From Narcine bancroftii (taxonomy: Eukaryota): a stretch of 64,000 bases of DNA. Below the pieces are notes generated by a model. That model did not search any database. It saw only the letters and a program-made list of their open reading frames with translations, and was not told the DNA's origin. Location of the stretch: assembly GCF_036971445.1 (NCBI RefSeq), contig NC_091472.1, positions 306,776,001 to 306,840,000 on the forward strand. Reading direction: 5' to 3'. This document shows, piece by piece, positions 23,945-38,500 of the stretch; the stretch's first letter is position 1, and each line of letters starts with the position of its first letter. The position numbers and the translations under genes are program-made.

Positions 23945-24883
23945 TAAAGCCAGCTGCCGTAGCCATTAGCAATGGCCAGCCCCAGCATTTCGCAGAAAAG
24001 AACGGTGGACTCCTGAACACAACCTTTGGTGATAAAACTCAAACAATCTGAACTGGGGTTGCTCTCTGCTGCGGGCTTCACCGGCTTCGTTGGTGGCATG
24101 GGGAAGGCCTGGGGCCATAGGGCGTGACGCAGCAACTCAGTCGATGGAGGCCCCACGATGCTGCTTGGTGTGCCACAGGAAATCTGCACAGACCACAACT
24201 TTGCCTGGGTCACTGAAATCATTGTTAGTGATGAGGAGGCGGATACTTTCTGGCATCTGCTCGAGGAAGACTTGTTTGAACAGTAAACATGGCTTATGGC
24301 CAATGGTGTGCAGTGGCCTAGGCCATACACATGGGGCAACTGTGCTGCGCGCTCACGGTGGGAGATACAAAAAGAGTGGATCAGGAGTACCTCGATTGTT
24401 TCACACAACCACAACCAGTGGCTGGTGTAGGAAGTCAATGATGTGGCCTGCTGTTTCCAAGTTGAGTGAACTGACCATACAGTAGCACTTTGTGGCGTCC
24501 CAGACGATTTGCTTGACCTGAAATTGGGCTTCAGCCTGTTCAAATCATACCTGCAGCTGCGAGATCCAGAAGATCGACAGTTTCAGTGAAACTGCACTGT
24601 GTGCTTGAGGCGGTCATCGTTGGGTCCAAATGCAGCTTGGACTGTTGGGGTCACCAATGTAGTCGCACTAGGCACTCGGTGAGTGAAAGAACCAACTGAC
24701 TTTAATAGAAACTCTCGCAGGCATTTAAATCTCTCAGAACCCAATGATGTTTATGACTCCCTGGATCTTTATGACATCAGCCGCTAGGTTGTGGGCTTGC
24801 CCCGCACCAGGAGCTTTCACTGTCAGATTGGACGCGGACTTGCCCACAGCTACGTTTGGCTGTTGCATGGGTGAGCCATCACA
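23945..24883 (-). mobile_element. Gypsy 5' end: LTR + PBS + decayed gag
   Basis: LTR 24883-24658 (TGTGAT...ACTACA) followed on the minus strand by PBS TGGTGACCCC; gag-like FEQAEAQFQVKQI. Confidence 0.75.
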
Positions 24884-25057
24884 AGGTGCCCCAAAAAAGG
24901 AACAATAGATGCAAAACAGAAACACCAAAATTAGTAGATATTTCAAATTCTCTGCAGAGCTATTTATTCCAGTTTTAATTCTAGTCCTTTATTCAGATCG
25001 ACTTGGTTAGTTTATAAAACGGCATCCCCTAGTTATGAACCATGCAACACTTAGTCC

Positions 25058-25490
25058 CACATCTCCAGAATGGAGGACCATTGCCTTCCCAAGATCGTGT
25101 TCTATGGCGAGCTCTCCACTGGCCACCGAGACAGAGGTGCACCAAAGAAGAAGTACAAGGACTGCCTAAAGAAATCTCTTGGTGCCTGCCACATTGACCA
25201 CTGCCAGTGGGCTGATCTCGTCTCAAACTGCATCTTGGCACCTCACAGTTCGACAGGCACCAACCTCCTTGGAAGAAGACCGCAGAGCCCACCTCACTGA
25301 CAAAAGACAAAGGAGGAAAAACCCAACACCCAACCCCAACCCACCAATTTTCCCCTGCAACTGCTGCAACCGTGTCTGCCTGTCCCGCATCGGACTTGTC
25401 AGCCACAAACGAGCCTGCAGCTGACGTGGACATTACCCCTCCATAAATATTCGTCCGCGAAGCCAAGCCAAAGAAAAAAAGAAAAGAAGA
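25058..25490 (+). mobile_element. RTE LINE 3' fragment
   Basis: Near-identical to ~690-1114 (MEDHCLPKIVFYGEL...HKRACS). Confidence 0.88.
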
Positions 25491-25904
25491 AAATTTCGGT
25501 TTGTTTGTACTGCCCAACAATTAGTAACACAACAGCACTACCCAGGAAATAATGGCATAGTCCATTTAAAATTAAAGATTTACATTTCAGAATTACACAC
25601 GCTTACCACCAATGCTGCCTCACCCATTTGAAGAGTTGGCAAAAAATGTTAAGAGATTACATACCTTTAAGTTACTCCACAATCACAGCATGTGATCAAT
25701 TACTCTCATAATTCAATTATTATAATTTCTTTATGCAATGGTACAAAATGATTTCAAAAAGAGATAACCGAGAAACTGGGTGTTAGCCATCAGCCAGCAT
25801 TCTTTTCACATCTTTTCCAAAGCCCATGTTTATGCTGTGTTTGTAGTGATCCAATATTTCAGTCTGATGCCATCAACAGTTTTAAGCTCCTTGCCAATTT
25901 CAAC

Positions 25905-26776
25905 TGCTACGAGCCCAGAGGACCCTAAAATCCAGCAGCAATAGAAATTCGCCAAGACAAATGGTTACTTAAACAAAAGTTACTTTTAATCATTTTTAAA
26001 TGTGAAAGCAGGATCATACTTTAACTTGTTACTATTAACGTAACCCCCTTCTAATTCTAAGTGCACGTGTATGTAATGTGTACATGTTCAGGAAAGTTCT
26101 TTGATTCACAGTCCAATCTCATTTCTCACTCCTCCAAGTTCACCGGTATTAGGCACAGAATTTAACATTTCTGAAACTTCAACAGGCTCTGGTTACCACT
26201 CAGGAAGGTTCTTGCTGGTTTGCAAGAGCTATCTGATGCTTGCTGGACACAAACAATCACTTCACTTCAGTGTCTTGCCGAAGAAACTTGCCCCATCATG
26301 GGTTTTCCAAATGATAACCTCTTCTTCCAGGTCACCAGAGTTCCTCTTGTTTCCCTTATTTCAGGAGAAACATTCTAGCCAGCCATTTCCTCTTTTAAGA
26401 AGTCAGAACTGACAACCCATGTTCAAAATGGGGTCTTTCAACAAGCCTGCCAGCTTGCCATGTTGCAGCCTCAAAAGCTACTGCAGAACTCTTCTCTCTG
26501 CTTGTAAAAACCAAACCTCCTCCCAACAATCTGAACCCAATCCCTGAAAGATCTTTCAGTACTTGAGACCAGACTTTTCATTTGCACCTGCTTTTGAAAT
26601 TCTTTCCAAAGCAGTTCCATTGTCTTTGGAAAAAAAAAATCACTGGTGTCTGAATGTCTGGTTTCAGTGAAGCGCTTGCATTTTAAATGAGATGTATTTT
26701 GTCACTCTATTTGTGAAGTGACCTACACTGAACAATCTCTTTTAAAGATTTTTTTAATATATACATAATTCATTCA
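25905..26776 (-). mobile_element. solo LTR (family of 8962-9975)
   Basis: Collinear with 8962-9975; TG...CA; imperfect TSD CAAC/CAAT. Confidence 0.7.
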
Positions 26777-27296
26777 CAATGAAAAAGCAACACAAAACTT
26801 TAATATCTAAGCATTTTAACTACCTATTGAAGTATTGTTTAAAAACATGAAATTTTGTTAACACAGGACAGAAACTGAAAATGAACATCTGCTTTCTTGA
26901 CACCCCCCATCTTAAAAAAAAATCCACTAAGTTCATTCAAGCCCAGTTAAATTCACTACCTCTCTCTTCCTGGGCAGATATCACAGCTTATCCATGGCAC
27001 CAAAGTAAACTTTTGGGTGAGGACTTTGAAATCCAGAAGACCCATGGCCCATCATCTACTTCCAGTAAATGGTTTTGCCAACTGCTGACACTCAACCAGG
27101 TATGCACAAGCGATACCTGAAAGAACCCACTCCCAGTCAGGGGATACTCGCTTCCTGGCCACCAAACCAAGCTCAAACTTTACACCATATATGCCAATGC
27201 TCCCCTCCCACTACCCTGAATAGGGAGGCAACTGCAATTAATCAAGGCATTAGTAGCTTCAAAGTAGACTGAAGCACTGACAAATCCTGATACTGA

Positions 27297-27470
27297 CAGG
27301 GTTGCCAGATTTGGGACCAAACAGCAGAAATTTGGCATTAAAAAAAATTGTTTAGTGACAGAAACTGCTAATTGATGGCTTTTGGCAGTTATAGAAGATT
27401 TCTAGGCTCTTTTTGTTCTGTTGGCACTTTTTAATAAAAAAAAATTTGGTGCCAAAATCTGGCAAATCTG
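27297..27470. mobile_element. small hAT-like MITE
   Basis: TIRs CAGGGTTGCCAGATTT / AAATCTGGCAAATCTG; partial TSD ..ACTGA. Confidence 0.55.
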
Positions 27471-29424
27471 CTGACTGAGGCAGCAGGAGAGAATAATATC
27501 GGCATCGGCCTGCACTCAAAGAAAGCACAAAAAAGTGACATTGCTGGAGGGTGGCTAGTTTGTGAGTACCAGGTGATTAGTAGGTTTCCAAATTAGGATT
27601 AGGTTAAGGGAATCCGTTGAAGCCAATTTCTGTTTAATTGCTTTTTAAACAGCGAATGAAGTTTTTAAAAAAAAATAGTTGAATCAGGACAAGATTATGA
27701 TTAATCACCTTTAAGTGTAGTTGAAGGGTATTAGGAAGCTAGATTGTTTTCTGGATCATGTATTCTCAGTATTCATGCAAATATGGAGATACAAAAATAA
27801 CAATTTTTCTGGAATTTAACAAAGGCTGATCTTGCTCATGAACTGAATGGCTTGACATGCTGTTTCAGAAGATATTGTGTTGAAGTCCTGTAAAGAAACT
27901 GAGGAAATTTCCTAAATAGTTCGAGGAATGAGAGATTCCATCGATGCCATTGAACTAGGGAAAATGAGGTTGTCCTCCTTTGAACGACAAAAAAAAAACG
28001 AGAATAGAGCGGAATGCGTAACAAAATTAGAACTGGTTTGAATAGTGTAATCTGGGAAGCTGCGCATCTTAACAAGGTTCAAGGACATGAGAGCCGTTTA
28101 GGTGTGAGAGAATGCATGAAGTGATTGCTATCTAAAACTTACAACCTACTGAATATGATATTTGAAACAAACTGTAAGCCCAGAGAGGTGGGGAAAATGT
28201 AACCAGATGGATTGCACAAATTCAATGATCCTGGTCATAATTTCACAAGAATTCAAGTGCCAGTGAAGTTTTTACCTCTAAACACTGCTTCTTGCCACTA
28301 GCTTCCCCACCTCCCCCCCCCCCCCAACCTTTTTGGCTACATTGCTCAAAAATAATATATTTGTGTACAGTAATATTTAATATCTTTGCAGTTTGAAAAT
28401 ATTTCAACATCTTACATAATAAAGGAGAATAACAAATAGACCCACATGTACAGAGCAAATGTAGTTCTTAAACTAAAGCTTTGGAACTATTAATAAAAAA
28501 GTGACAATTTTGGATTTTTTCAAGTTTGGAAACATTAAACAGATCCAGGCAAATGAAGGTTACCCATTTCAAACTTCAAAGTTGCATGAATCTAATCTTT
28601 TGTAAACCACCAGTGTTAGGGCTCACAGAGAACATGGATCCTAAAAATGATTTTAAACAATTCTGTGAGAGACAAGGGAACCAACTTGATCAGACATTGA
28701 AATTTAACATGGGTTATGATAGTCAATTAACTTACACTTGCAGGTTGAAGTGCAGGGCAGGTTCCATTCTTGGGTGGCAGATTAATTAACACAATCTCTG
28801 CATGCATGCAATCAATACTAACCAACTGCAGTTTAGTGGAGGTCTCAAGATCTCAGTGGAGGTGCAGCAAAGTGGTCTGTGGTGTCGGGACAAAACTAGC
28901 AGCAAGAGCTAGGAACTGGAGAGCTTTGTGCCAGAAGTCTCAGAGATGTAGTGGCATTCTAAAGTTCAATTATCCGAAAAATGGAAGTGGTCAGAAAATA
29001 CCTTTTCAAATGCAACATCCCACCAACAAACAGCCTTAGGGCACTTCTCAAACCACCGCACCCCCATTTCTCATCTACCAACAATCTCAACTGGACTCCA
29101 TCAATTGGCATCACCATGAAGCTCACATCTACACATTGAAAAGCCAGACACAAAAGCAATTACAGTTCCTTCTTTCAAAATATTTATTTGAGCGCTGGAA
29201 GTGGTACCATATAATTTGAATTCTGAACAGTTATTCTGTTCTATCATTTTTTTTTGCAATTATCAATCATAACATCAAGCTCAATTTTTTGGCATCAAGC
29301 ATAATGTTTTTTTTGCAACGTTTTTGCCAACTAAGTACCACAGGAAATGTAATATTGGAGATACAAAATAATAATAAAACCCCACCACTTTATTTGAGCA
29401 GAAATTTAATTTAATGGCACAAAC

Positions 29425-29586
29425 CTAAAGCTCATCATGCTGGAAGATATTATATTCGCTGGCGGAAATGTATCCGTCTCCATCGTGATCAGTTTTTCGA
29501 ATAATATCAATGAGGACTTTTTCCTTGTAGGAAGGGTCTTGGATCCTATTATCTCTCTTAAACTCTTCATACACATAGGTCTTCAA
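29425..29586 (-). CDS. FKBP7: FKBP7 exon 4
   Basis: CAG| [12 protein letters not shown]...[22 protein letters not shown]; 162 nt. Confidence 0.95.
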   Translation of the reverse strand: MKTYVYEEFKRDNRIQDPSYKEKVLIDIIRKTDHDGDGYISASEYNIFQHDEL

Positions 29587-32500
29587 CTGAAATTACAACA
29601 AAAATTGCATTTTAAATCTAGAAAATGCTGCAAAGATACAAAAGTACTCATCAAACAACACTTCCCATTTGAATAAAATATGGACTCTGATAATATTCTC
29701 ATAGTTCTGCAAATAGATTTTCAAAACATTTAATCAAATACATATGTAAAGGAATAACTAATGAATATGCTTAACAAAGGGTTAATGAATTGGTTGAGAA
29801 TATCGTTGCCTTGTAACATAGGTGAGAATGTGACCCTCCCTTTGCTGCAGTGAGATAGTAACACCAAGGACATCCTGTTTCATGGAACATATTGTTGCAA
29901 AAACAGGAATTGCCAATTGAGTGAAACTTGTAGGGTCTCACGCAGACTCCTTCTTGGAGGTGTATAAAAATGGGATGAATACTCTATGCTTTGAGTAGGG
30001 ATCAGTGTGGAGAACAAGTTACTGCACTCTTTCTTTGAATCCCTCACTCCAGCTAGTGTGAACAAGCCTGAATGAAGAAAACTGTTGTACACTTAATTGG
30101 TTCTGCTGTTTATTTTATTACAGTGCAGGCCGACTTTCACACATAAATAGGCAAAAATCAAAGGGCAGGGAATTAAAAGTTCTGTGACTGGTTGAGGCAG
30201 AAATCAGAGACAAATGATCCAAAGTTGGTTTATTGATTGGAGATTTTTATGTTAGCATGACCCCACAGAAGATGACAACTACAGCCATTTCTTAAAATGG
30301 GAGATTCATGGTCCGTGCAAACTGAGTGGACAAATGCACCCATTTCTGTGCATCCGCCTTGGATTCCCAGACATTGTGACTAGTTTTGAAGTGATCCAAA
30401 ATGCAATTTATCTTTTAATGTATTACATTCGGAAGTGAACAACCCCAGCTTCTACAGTCTCGTCCTTCATTCCAGAAGCCACTTTAGTGCGACCACGATG
30501 TCAGCCACCTTTTTGTAGAAATTGGATTTGCAAAAAGTATATGGAGACAGATACAAGGGTCCTTATCAGGGTTCATCTCCAATGGCAGCGTGACAGAGGA
30601 CTCCGATTTATAGGATGTTCCTGGGAACACATGCAGAGACAGACATCCACAGCGTCTTTAAGATTTTCAACTCAGTGAAAGATGTCCTTTGGTCTGTCGA
30701 AACTTGTTGGTCTCCTAGCACCATGAGGAGTCGATGAGAGAATATTGCTGACTGGAACATTCCAGGCTGCAGGAGTACGTGCTGAGGGACGCGTGGGCTT
30801 GATAATAATTGTGCGGAAGGACCACCCTCTAGAATCCTTCCGTTACAGATAAGTGAAGGCCTGAGAGTGGAGGTGAAGCCCCTCAAACAGTGTGGGGTTA
30901 GGGGTAGTAAGTAACTACAATAGGCCACAGTGGTGCTAAATAGAGAACTAATGTAACAGTGTATAGTGATGGAAATGTATGGTTACAGCACCAAGTATGT
31001 GAAAATACAAAGCTGTTTGACTTTGTAAATAATTTATTGTGAATAAAGTCTATTTTTTGGGGAAAATATCACTTTCATGTTTTGTTCAAGACCTTCGTAA
31101 ATTGTTAAACACATTGAGAAGACAAAGCAACTTGAGGCTAAGGCCATACATTAAGATTTTGCATTACTTGTAATGTTTCTAGTTCCATAACTATTGATTA
31201 GAGTGAACTAAAACTTACTAAAAAAAAAGGAACCCTGCAAACAAGAGGGTATTAATAAATTCCAAAAGATATAGATTGTCTGGCAAATTGTCAGACAGAG
31301 GTAGTGAAATGAAATGTAACAATGTGGCAAGAAGGCAAGAGTGCTGGAACCTTGTTCGTCAGATTTAGATAGTGGAATAAGAAATATTTTTTTGACAGTT
31401 GATGGAATTTTTATAATGTTAAACCTTGATGCACTGCTCATTTAAAATTTCTCTCAATTTTGTGTATTACAATCTGAAATGTGCTGCCTAGAATCAAAGG
31501 CAGAGACACAGAAACCAGTCCATCAGGATTGTCTTTTTCTTTGGCTTGGCTTCGCGGACGAAGATTTATGGAGGGGGTAAAAGTCCACGTCAGCTGCAGG
31601 CTCGTTTGTGGCTGACAAGTCCGATGCGGGACAGGCAGACACGGTTGCAGCGGTTGCAGGGGAAAATTGGTTGGTTGGGGTTGGGTGTTGGGTTTTTCCT
31701 CCTTTGTACCAATCGTCAAACACACATTTAAGAAAAAAATCTCCCCATATGCTCACTGCCCACTTGATGCTAATCCAACATTCCAGTTTTCTTCTCAACA
31801 TTGTTTTTAATGACACTTTGGTACATCCGAGCAAGTGTTTATTGTGGTACCTTTGACGTGATTATTATTTTTATCAGCAAGAGGACGAATGCTAAAAATG
31901 GTAACAGCAAGGGTCAGGCATGCTGTAAAAACAATGACAAATACAAACAAAACTCCTACATTGGCACCAAAATTGACTTGCCTAGAAATGGGATTGCCTA
32001 ATTATCAATGTGTCACATAGTGCAACTTTCATGAAAAGTGAAATTGATTAAAATATGCACATGCAAGTTGCACAAAATACAGCTTTAGTTCAATAGTTCT
32101 CCAAATGCACCATTTCTTCTGGCTTGGACAGAGAGTACGCAAAATTACTAAAGCCCAAATTACACTGAATTGCTTGTTTTATATGTCATGCGCCACAGAG
32201 GGATTAAAATTTGTCTCATCAGATCATTAATCCAAACCTTTGAATGCTAGACTTGTACCTTCAATGACGATGCCATCATAACGTGTTGACTCATAGATTT
32301 TAAACCTGACATACCTCATCACGAGAAAGCAGTCGATCACCATTCATGTCAATGGCATTAAAAGATTCCACGCTCCGTGGCCCATTTCTCACATCATAGA
32401 GTTCAATTTCAAAGATCAGGGTTGAATTGGGGGGTATTTTACCTGGATTGCAGAATAAAAAATAAAGAATACCTGTGACAGAATATAGGTGTTTTGGGAG

Positions 32501-35500
32501 TTAAATTTTTTTAAGTGTAGGTCACATACAAATACTTTAAAACCAATCTTATTTATAATACTGGAGCTCTGCTCATGCTAGACGAGTTGGGGCCAATAGT
32601 CCTTGCAAAAGCTTTGGAGAGTTCCCGAGACTTCACTAATGGATTGTTGTTTACAAATTAAAAGCAACTTTTGTTGAAGTAACCCTTTGTCTTGGTGACT
32701 ATCTATTGCTGCTGGGTTTTGGGGTCCTCTGGGCTCATAACAATACTAAACTAATTTTCAGTTCAATTTCCCTGCTCTTCCAATACACCGATCGAGATCT
32801 CCTCTGGTGCATCCTCAATTTTCATTTATTGGATAGCTTGTGCTTTTCGATTTAAAGAGAGTCTGCTCTATCCTTGAGGAAAGGAGCACCAAGCCAATTG
32901 CTACAGAGGATTTCTTCCTGTAAAATGTTGCTCACTGATTCAGTGAGAGAGTGAAATGGTACTCAATACATTTGAAACCGAGGTCTCTCTAATGTGGGAG
33001 AAGCTGCTCTCAATAAAGACAGGCATTTAGGATCTTAGACGAAACTTAATCTATAGTCAAATCCTTTAATGTAAGGAAATTGAAATGCCTTTTCCCAAAT
33101 ATTCTAACAAGAATGCACCAGAGACTACAAGATGTTCTTGTCCTTATGCAGTGCTATAGAATCCCTAAAGGCCAATAACGTTGAAAGCCATTACAAGGAT
33201 CTTCCAAATGGAGGAAGAAACATTGTGCCCTTCTGAAAGCAATTTCACGTGTTCTGGATTTATACACTGTGAACGAGTCCCAGATAAATCAGTTACTGCC
33301 AAGTACATGAAGGGCAAGTTTATCAAAGTCCTCCAATTGTAACCCTACTCACTCTCTTGTAACAGTGGTCTTAAAATGTTTAATCTACTCTTTACATAGT
33401 AAAACTCTTGATTCTCCAAAATTGGATTCTCCAGAATCCTCATTTATCTACATTTTTTTTTCCAAAGCCGAACTGACCTCATAGGTTGAAAAAAATTCAC
33501 TCGACATGAAATTAGAACGATGACTTCTCGTTTCAGGTAACTCCTCCCCTCGCTCTTTCCATTTCTTCTTTACCTTCCCCTATTGACTTTTCTCTGCAAA
33601 TTTCCCTCTCAAACTGCGTGACACTGTCTCCCAGTCACAAGCGATCAGAAGAATCCCGTGTCCCGCCGTCATCAAGGAGCCTTCTGGGCAGGAGCGGGAC
33701 CCCGGGCACAGTGGTGTTTCCTCCCCGCGCCTCTCGGCACAACAGAGCTTCCAAAGCCAACTCCGAACTGTCCCCTCTGTCTACTACCACACGTGTACAT
33801 CGGACTCTTTGGCGTGCATGTGTGGTAGACCTAGGGGAGGATTCAGATTTTGGACTTGGGTGTTGGGAGCTCCCGTGACCGGGAAGGCAGAAGCAGCGGT
33901 GGGTTCGTGTCGGCTCTCGGCAGTTAGGACTGTGGCCAGTATTATTTTTGGTGAGAATTAAACATTATTTTAATGCTTAAAAAGCCTTCCCTTGTGGTTT
34001 GATGTTGTTTGAACATTGATACAAGTGATTTGCTGTTGCTACTTGGCTGTTTTTAAAAAAAATGACCAGTTCCCCCAAACATTTATCCAACATAGACCTA
34101 TTCCTGACCATTTTGTATAATCGGAGTTCTACTGTACCTTCCAGTTTGCTTGGAAACTTGCTTGTGCTTAATCTAGAATCACACATCCAATTAAAAACCT
34201 CTCACTCAACAGCACCAAGACCAAGGAACTGATTGTAGAATTTAGGAAAGAAAAACCAGTAATCAATGGGGATCAGATATAGAGAGGGTAAGCTCCTGGG
34301 GATCACTATATTGGAGGACCCTTACCTGGACCCAGAGTGAAGAAAGCAGATTAGCTCCTCTACTTCCTCAGGAGTTTGCAGAGGTTCAGTACATCACCAG
34401 AAACCTTGGCAAATTGCTACAGATGTGTCGTGGAAAGTGGGCTGAACAGCTGCATTATGGCTTATATAGGGGCCCCAATATCTCTGAGCATAAAACTTTT
34501 AAAAATGTAGTGGACACAGCCCAGTACAACACAGGTAAAACCCTCCCCACCATCGCGAACATCTACATGGACGTTGTTATCGGAGAGCAGCAGCAATCCT
34601 CAAGGATCCACACTACCTAGGACTGCTGCCAAGTGATTTTTCTGCTCCAATTAATCCTGCTCTAAAGCCCCATGACGTTGCCACAGGACTCGTGCCTTCA
34701 GTTTCAGGAATAGTTGCTACTCCTCAACCATCAGACTCCTGAACAACAGTTTCACTCAGCCTCATTAATTTTTACTTAATACTTATATTTCTGTATTTGC
34801 AGTTTGCTTACATTAATTTCTTCTTGAATAAAGTTTACAGTAATTAGAAATTCTGCCTGGCCCGCAGGAAAAAGAATCTCAGGGTTGCATGTGATGTCAT
34901 GCATGCACTCTGGCAATAAATTTGAAGTGTGATTTTTCTTTAAAAATCTGTTACTAATACTTTCAAAATACAGCAAAGATTTCATTTGCTTTTAACTTCT
35001 CCGTGAACAACGCAACCCGTGTGAAAACTGTTGATTGATTTATACTTAGTCAAAGTCTATCATTCGCATTAGTAACTCAACATCCAATTCAGAGTGTACA
35101 TACCATATGGAAATAAATACATGCATTCTATTGTAAGACCAGAGTCAGCTTTTTCCAGCAATCACTGGATTTGTAGATGGATAACTGTACAAAAGTTTAA
35201 AAGTGAGACAATAGCAATTAATGAAGGAAAACAGACATATAAATAAGAATCACATGCAAAAACGGAACATTCTGTTAATACAAACCCACTCAAGGTTGTA
35301 ACACAGGTGGCCATGCATTAATGCAGTATGTGAAGACAATGGTTTTGCATCTAAAACATGCTAACGTAATTCCTTTCAATTAGTTTTTGAGTAATATTCA
35401 TGCTTTTGGTTAAAATGTTCTGCATTGTCATGTGTCACAAATTAAAAGTACATTGTTTTCTGACATTCAAGTTAAAACTGAACATTTTTTGTTCTGTTTT

Positions 35501-38500
35501 ACACAGTTGGAAGATTACAAGGTCAAATGGGAAGACTTTCCACACAGCTTTTGAGATTAATGAGGGGTTTCCATTGGAAAGTAAATAGGGCAACCTACAA
35601 GCCAATTTTGATGCAGATATTACCTTTACCAAATGGTCCATATGCCAATGAAGGTGGTATCACTAATTTTCTTTTCTCTCCTGCACACATGTCAGACATA
35701 CCAATGTCTAATCCTTTTATTACTTGGCCAACACCAAGAAGAAACCATTTAGGATGACCTTCATTTTCTTCACGGCTATAAAAGTAAAATAAAACATTTT
35801 TTTTCCATAGAAAATACAAATATTTCAACAAATGAAAATAAAATCTAGAATTGGAAATTAAAAATAAAAATTGTTTCTGGAGAACCTGAAACTGTTGACC
35901 AATATGAAAACTAAAGCCAGAATAAATATTGCTACTGTGATTGTAGCTTTCATAAAAATGCTGGAGAAACCCAGTTGCTGTTTATCTCGCATCTTTCTGC
36001 AAACTACAATTATAGTGTCTGCATATTTATTCGTTTAACTTTTCACCCTCGTGTTGTCTAGGTCGAGCGTATCTGGATTAAGGCAAGACTGTATATTTGT
36101 TACATAATATTTTTTTTCCTCTTTGTGAGGGGAGAGAGAGAGGGGATGTGTGTGAGAGCAGTTTCCCGTTTTCAGTATCAGATATGGGAGGTCCTGGAGT
36201 CTTCTGGCCTCCCAGACATCCACATCTGCTCTAGGTGAGCTGAGCTGCAGCGTCTGAGGGACCGTGTTAGGAAACTGGAGCTGCAGCCTAATGACCTCGC
36301 TCTGGTCAAGAAGAGTGAGGCCATCATAGATAGGAGTTATAGTCAGGTGGTCTCACAAGGGCCATGGGAGGAGGATCAGCGGATTACAGTTAGGAGAGGG
36401 AAAGGGGTAGGTACAAGAGAGGGCTCCTGTCCCTGTAGCCTTCAACAATACGTACTCCTCCTTGAGTACTATGGGGGAGAGGGGGGAAACAGTCAGGCTG
36501 GGGAAGTCATCAGTGGCTGTACCACCGACACAAGGTCAGCCTCTATAGCCTAGAAGGGTAGGGAAAGGGCATTAGTCATAGGGGATTCAATGGTCAGGAG
36601 GACAGATAGGGGATTCTGTGGATACGATAAAGAAAACCGGATGGTGGTTTGCCTCCCTGGTGCCTGGGTCCAGGATGCAACTTCTGTTGTCCGTGACATC
36701 CTAAAGGGGGAGGGCAATGAGCCAGAGGGAGGAAGAGTGAAGTGGTACTAAAAAAATGAATATAGGGAGTTATGTAGGGGGCTAAAAAGGACTGCAAAGG
36801 GGGTAATCTCTGGATTACTTCCTGTGCCACGCGATAGTGAGGCCAAGAATAGAATCAGGTGGAGGATGAATGCATGGATAAAGAGATGGAGTAACAGTCA
36901 GGGATTAGAATTCTTGGATCATTGGGGGAGGTGGGACCTGTACCGAACGGATGGGTTGCGTCTGAATCCCAGAGGGACCAGGATCCTGGCAGGGGCATTT
37001 ACTAGGGCTACTAAGGGGGCTTTAAACTAGTACGGTTGGGGGAAGGGGTCCACATAAAGGAGAACAGCACAGTTTGTCCGCTAATAGAGAAGGCATGTAG
37101 ACAAATAAGAGTTGTCTGTGAAGATGGGGACAAACAGGAGGCAAGTGTGGGAAATCTGAAATGCATTTACTTTAAAGCTAAGAGTGTTGTCAGGAAGGTG
37201 GATGAGCTGAAGGTGTGGAGAGACACTTGGCAGTATGACGTGGTGGGGATTAGTGAGAGGTGATGGCAGGAGGCATGTGACTGGCAGCTAAATATTCTGG
37301 GATTTGGTGCTTTTGGTGTGATAGAATTGGAGGGGTAAGGGGGGGGGTGTGGCATTGCTTGCCAAGGAAAATATTACACCGGTGCTGATGCGAAATAGAT
37401 TGGAGGGCTCATCAAGGGAGGTGGTATGGGTGGAATTAAAAAATGGAAAAGGAGAAATTACAATTATAGGGGTGTATTATAGACCTCCTAGTGGGGAACG
37501 AGAAATAGAGGAGCAAATGTGTCAGGATATAGCAGAGATTTGTAATTTGTGTTAGTGGGGGATTTTAATTTTCATAATATAGATTGGGAAGCACATTCTG
37601 TGAAGGGGATGGATGGATTAGAATTTGTAAAATGTGGGCAGGATAGTTTTTTGAAGCAATACGTTGAGGTACCCACTAGAGAAGGGGCAGTATTGGATCT
37701 ACTGTTGGGGAATGAGATAGGGCAGGTGACTGAGGTGTGTGTTGGGGAGCACTTCGGATCCAGCGATGATGGTACCATTACTCTCAATATAATTATGGAA
37801 AGGGATAGATCTGTTCCAAAGATTAAGGTTTTGAGTGGAAAAAAGCCAGATTTGATGAAATGAGAAGGAATTTGCAAGGAGTGGTTTGGGCTGATTTGTT
37901 TTATGGATAGGAGGTAGAGGAGAATTGGAGGACTTTTAAAGGAGAGATTTTGAAGGTGCAGTATCTTTATGCTCCTATTAGGATAAAAGGCAGAGCCAAA
38001 AGTTCGAGAGAGCTGTGGTTTTCAAGGGAGATTAGAAAGTTGGATCAAAATCAAAGGGAGGCCTACATTAAATACAAGAAACAAGATATAGATGAGATGC
38101 TTGGAAAATACATGGATTGTAAAAGGAAGCTTAAGAAAGAAATTAGGATAGCATAAAGAAGGTATGAGGTAGCTATAGCGAACAAGGTAAAATAAATCTG
38201 AAAGGTTTTTACAAATATGTAAATAGAAAAATGAGAGTGAAGGATAAAATTGGTCCCTTAGAGAATCAGAGCAGACAAATGTGTGTGGAGCCGAATGAGA
38301 TGGGGGAGATATTGAATGAGTTCTTCTCTTCAGTATTCACGAGGGAAAAGGATATGGAATCGTGCACGATAAGAGAAGCAAAGGGGGTGATTATGGAAAA
38401 TGTAGGGATTAGGAAAAAGGGGGTATTGGAACTTTTGAGGTATTTAAAGGTGGATAAGTCTCCAGGTCCTGATAGAATTTTCCCTAGGTCCTTGAGGAAA

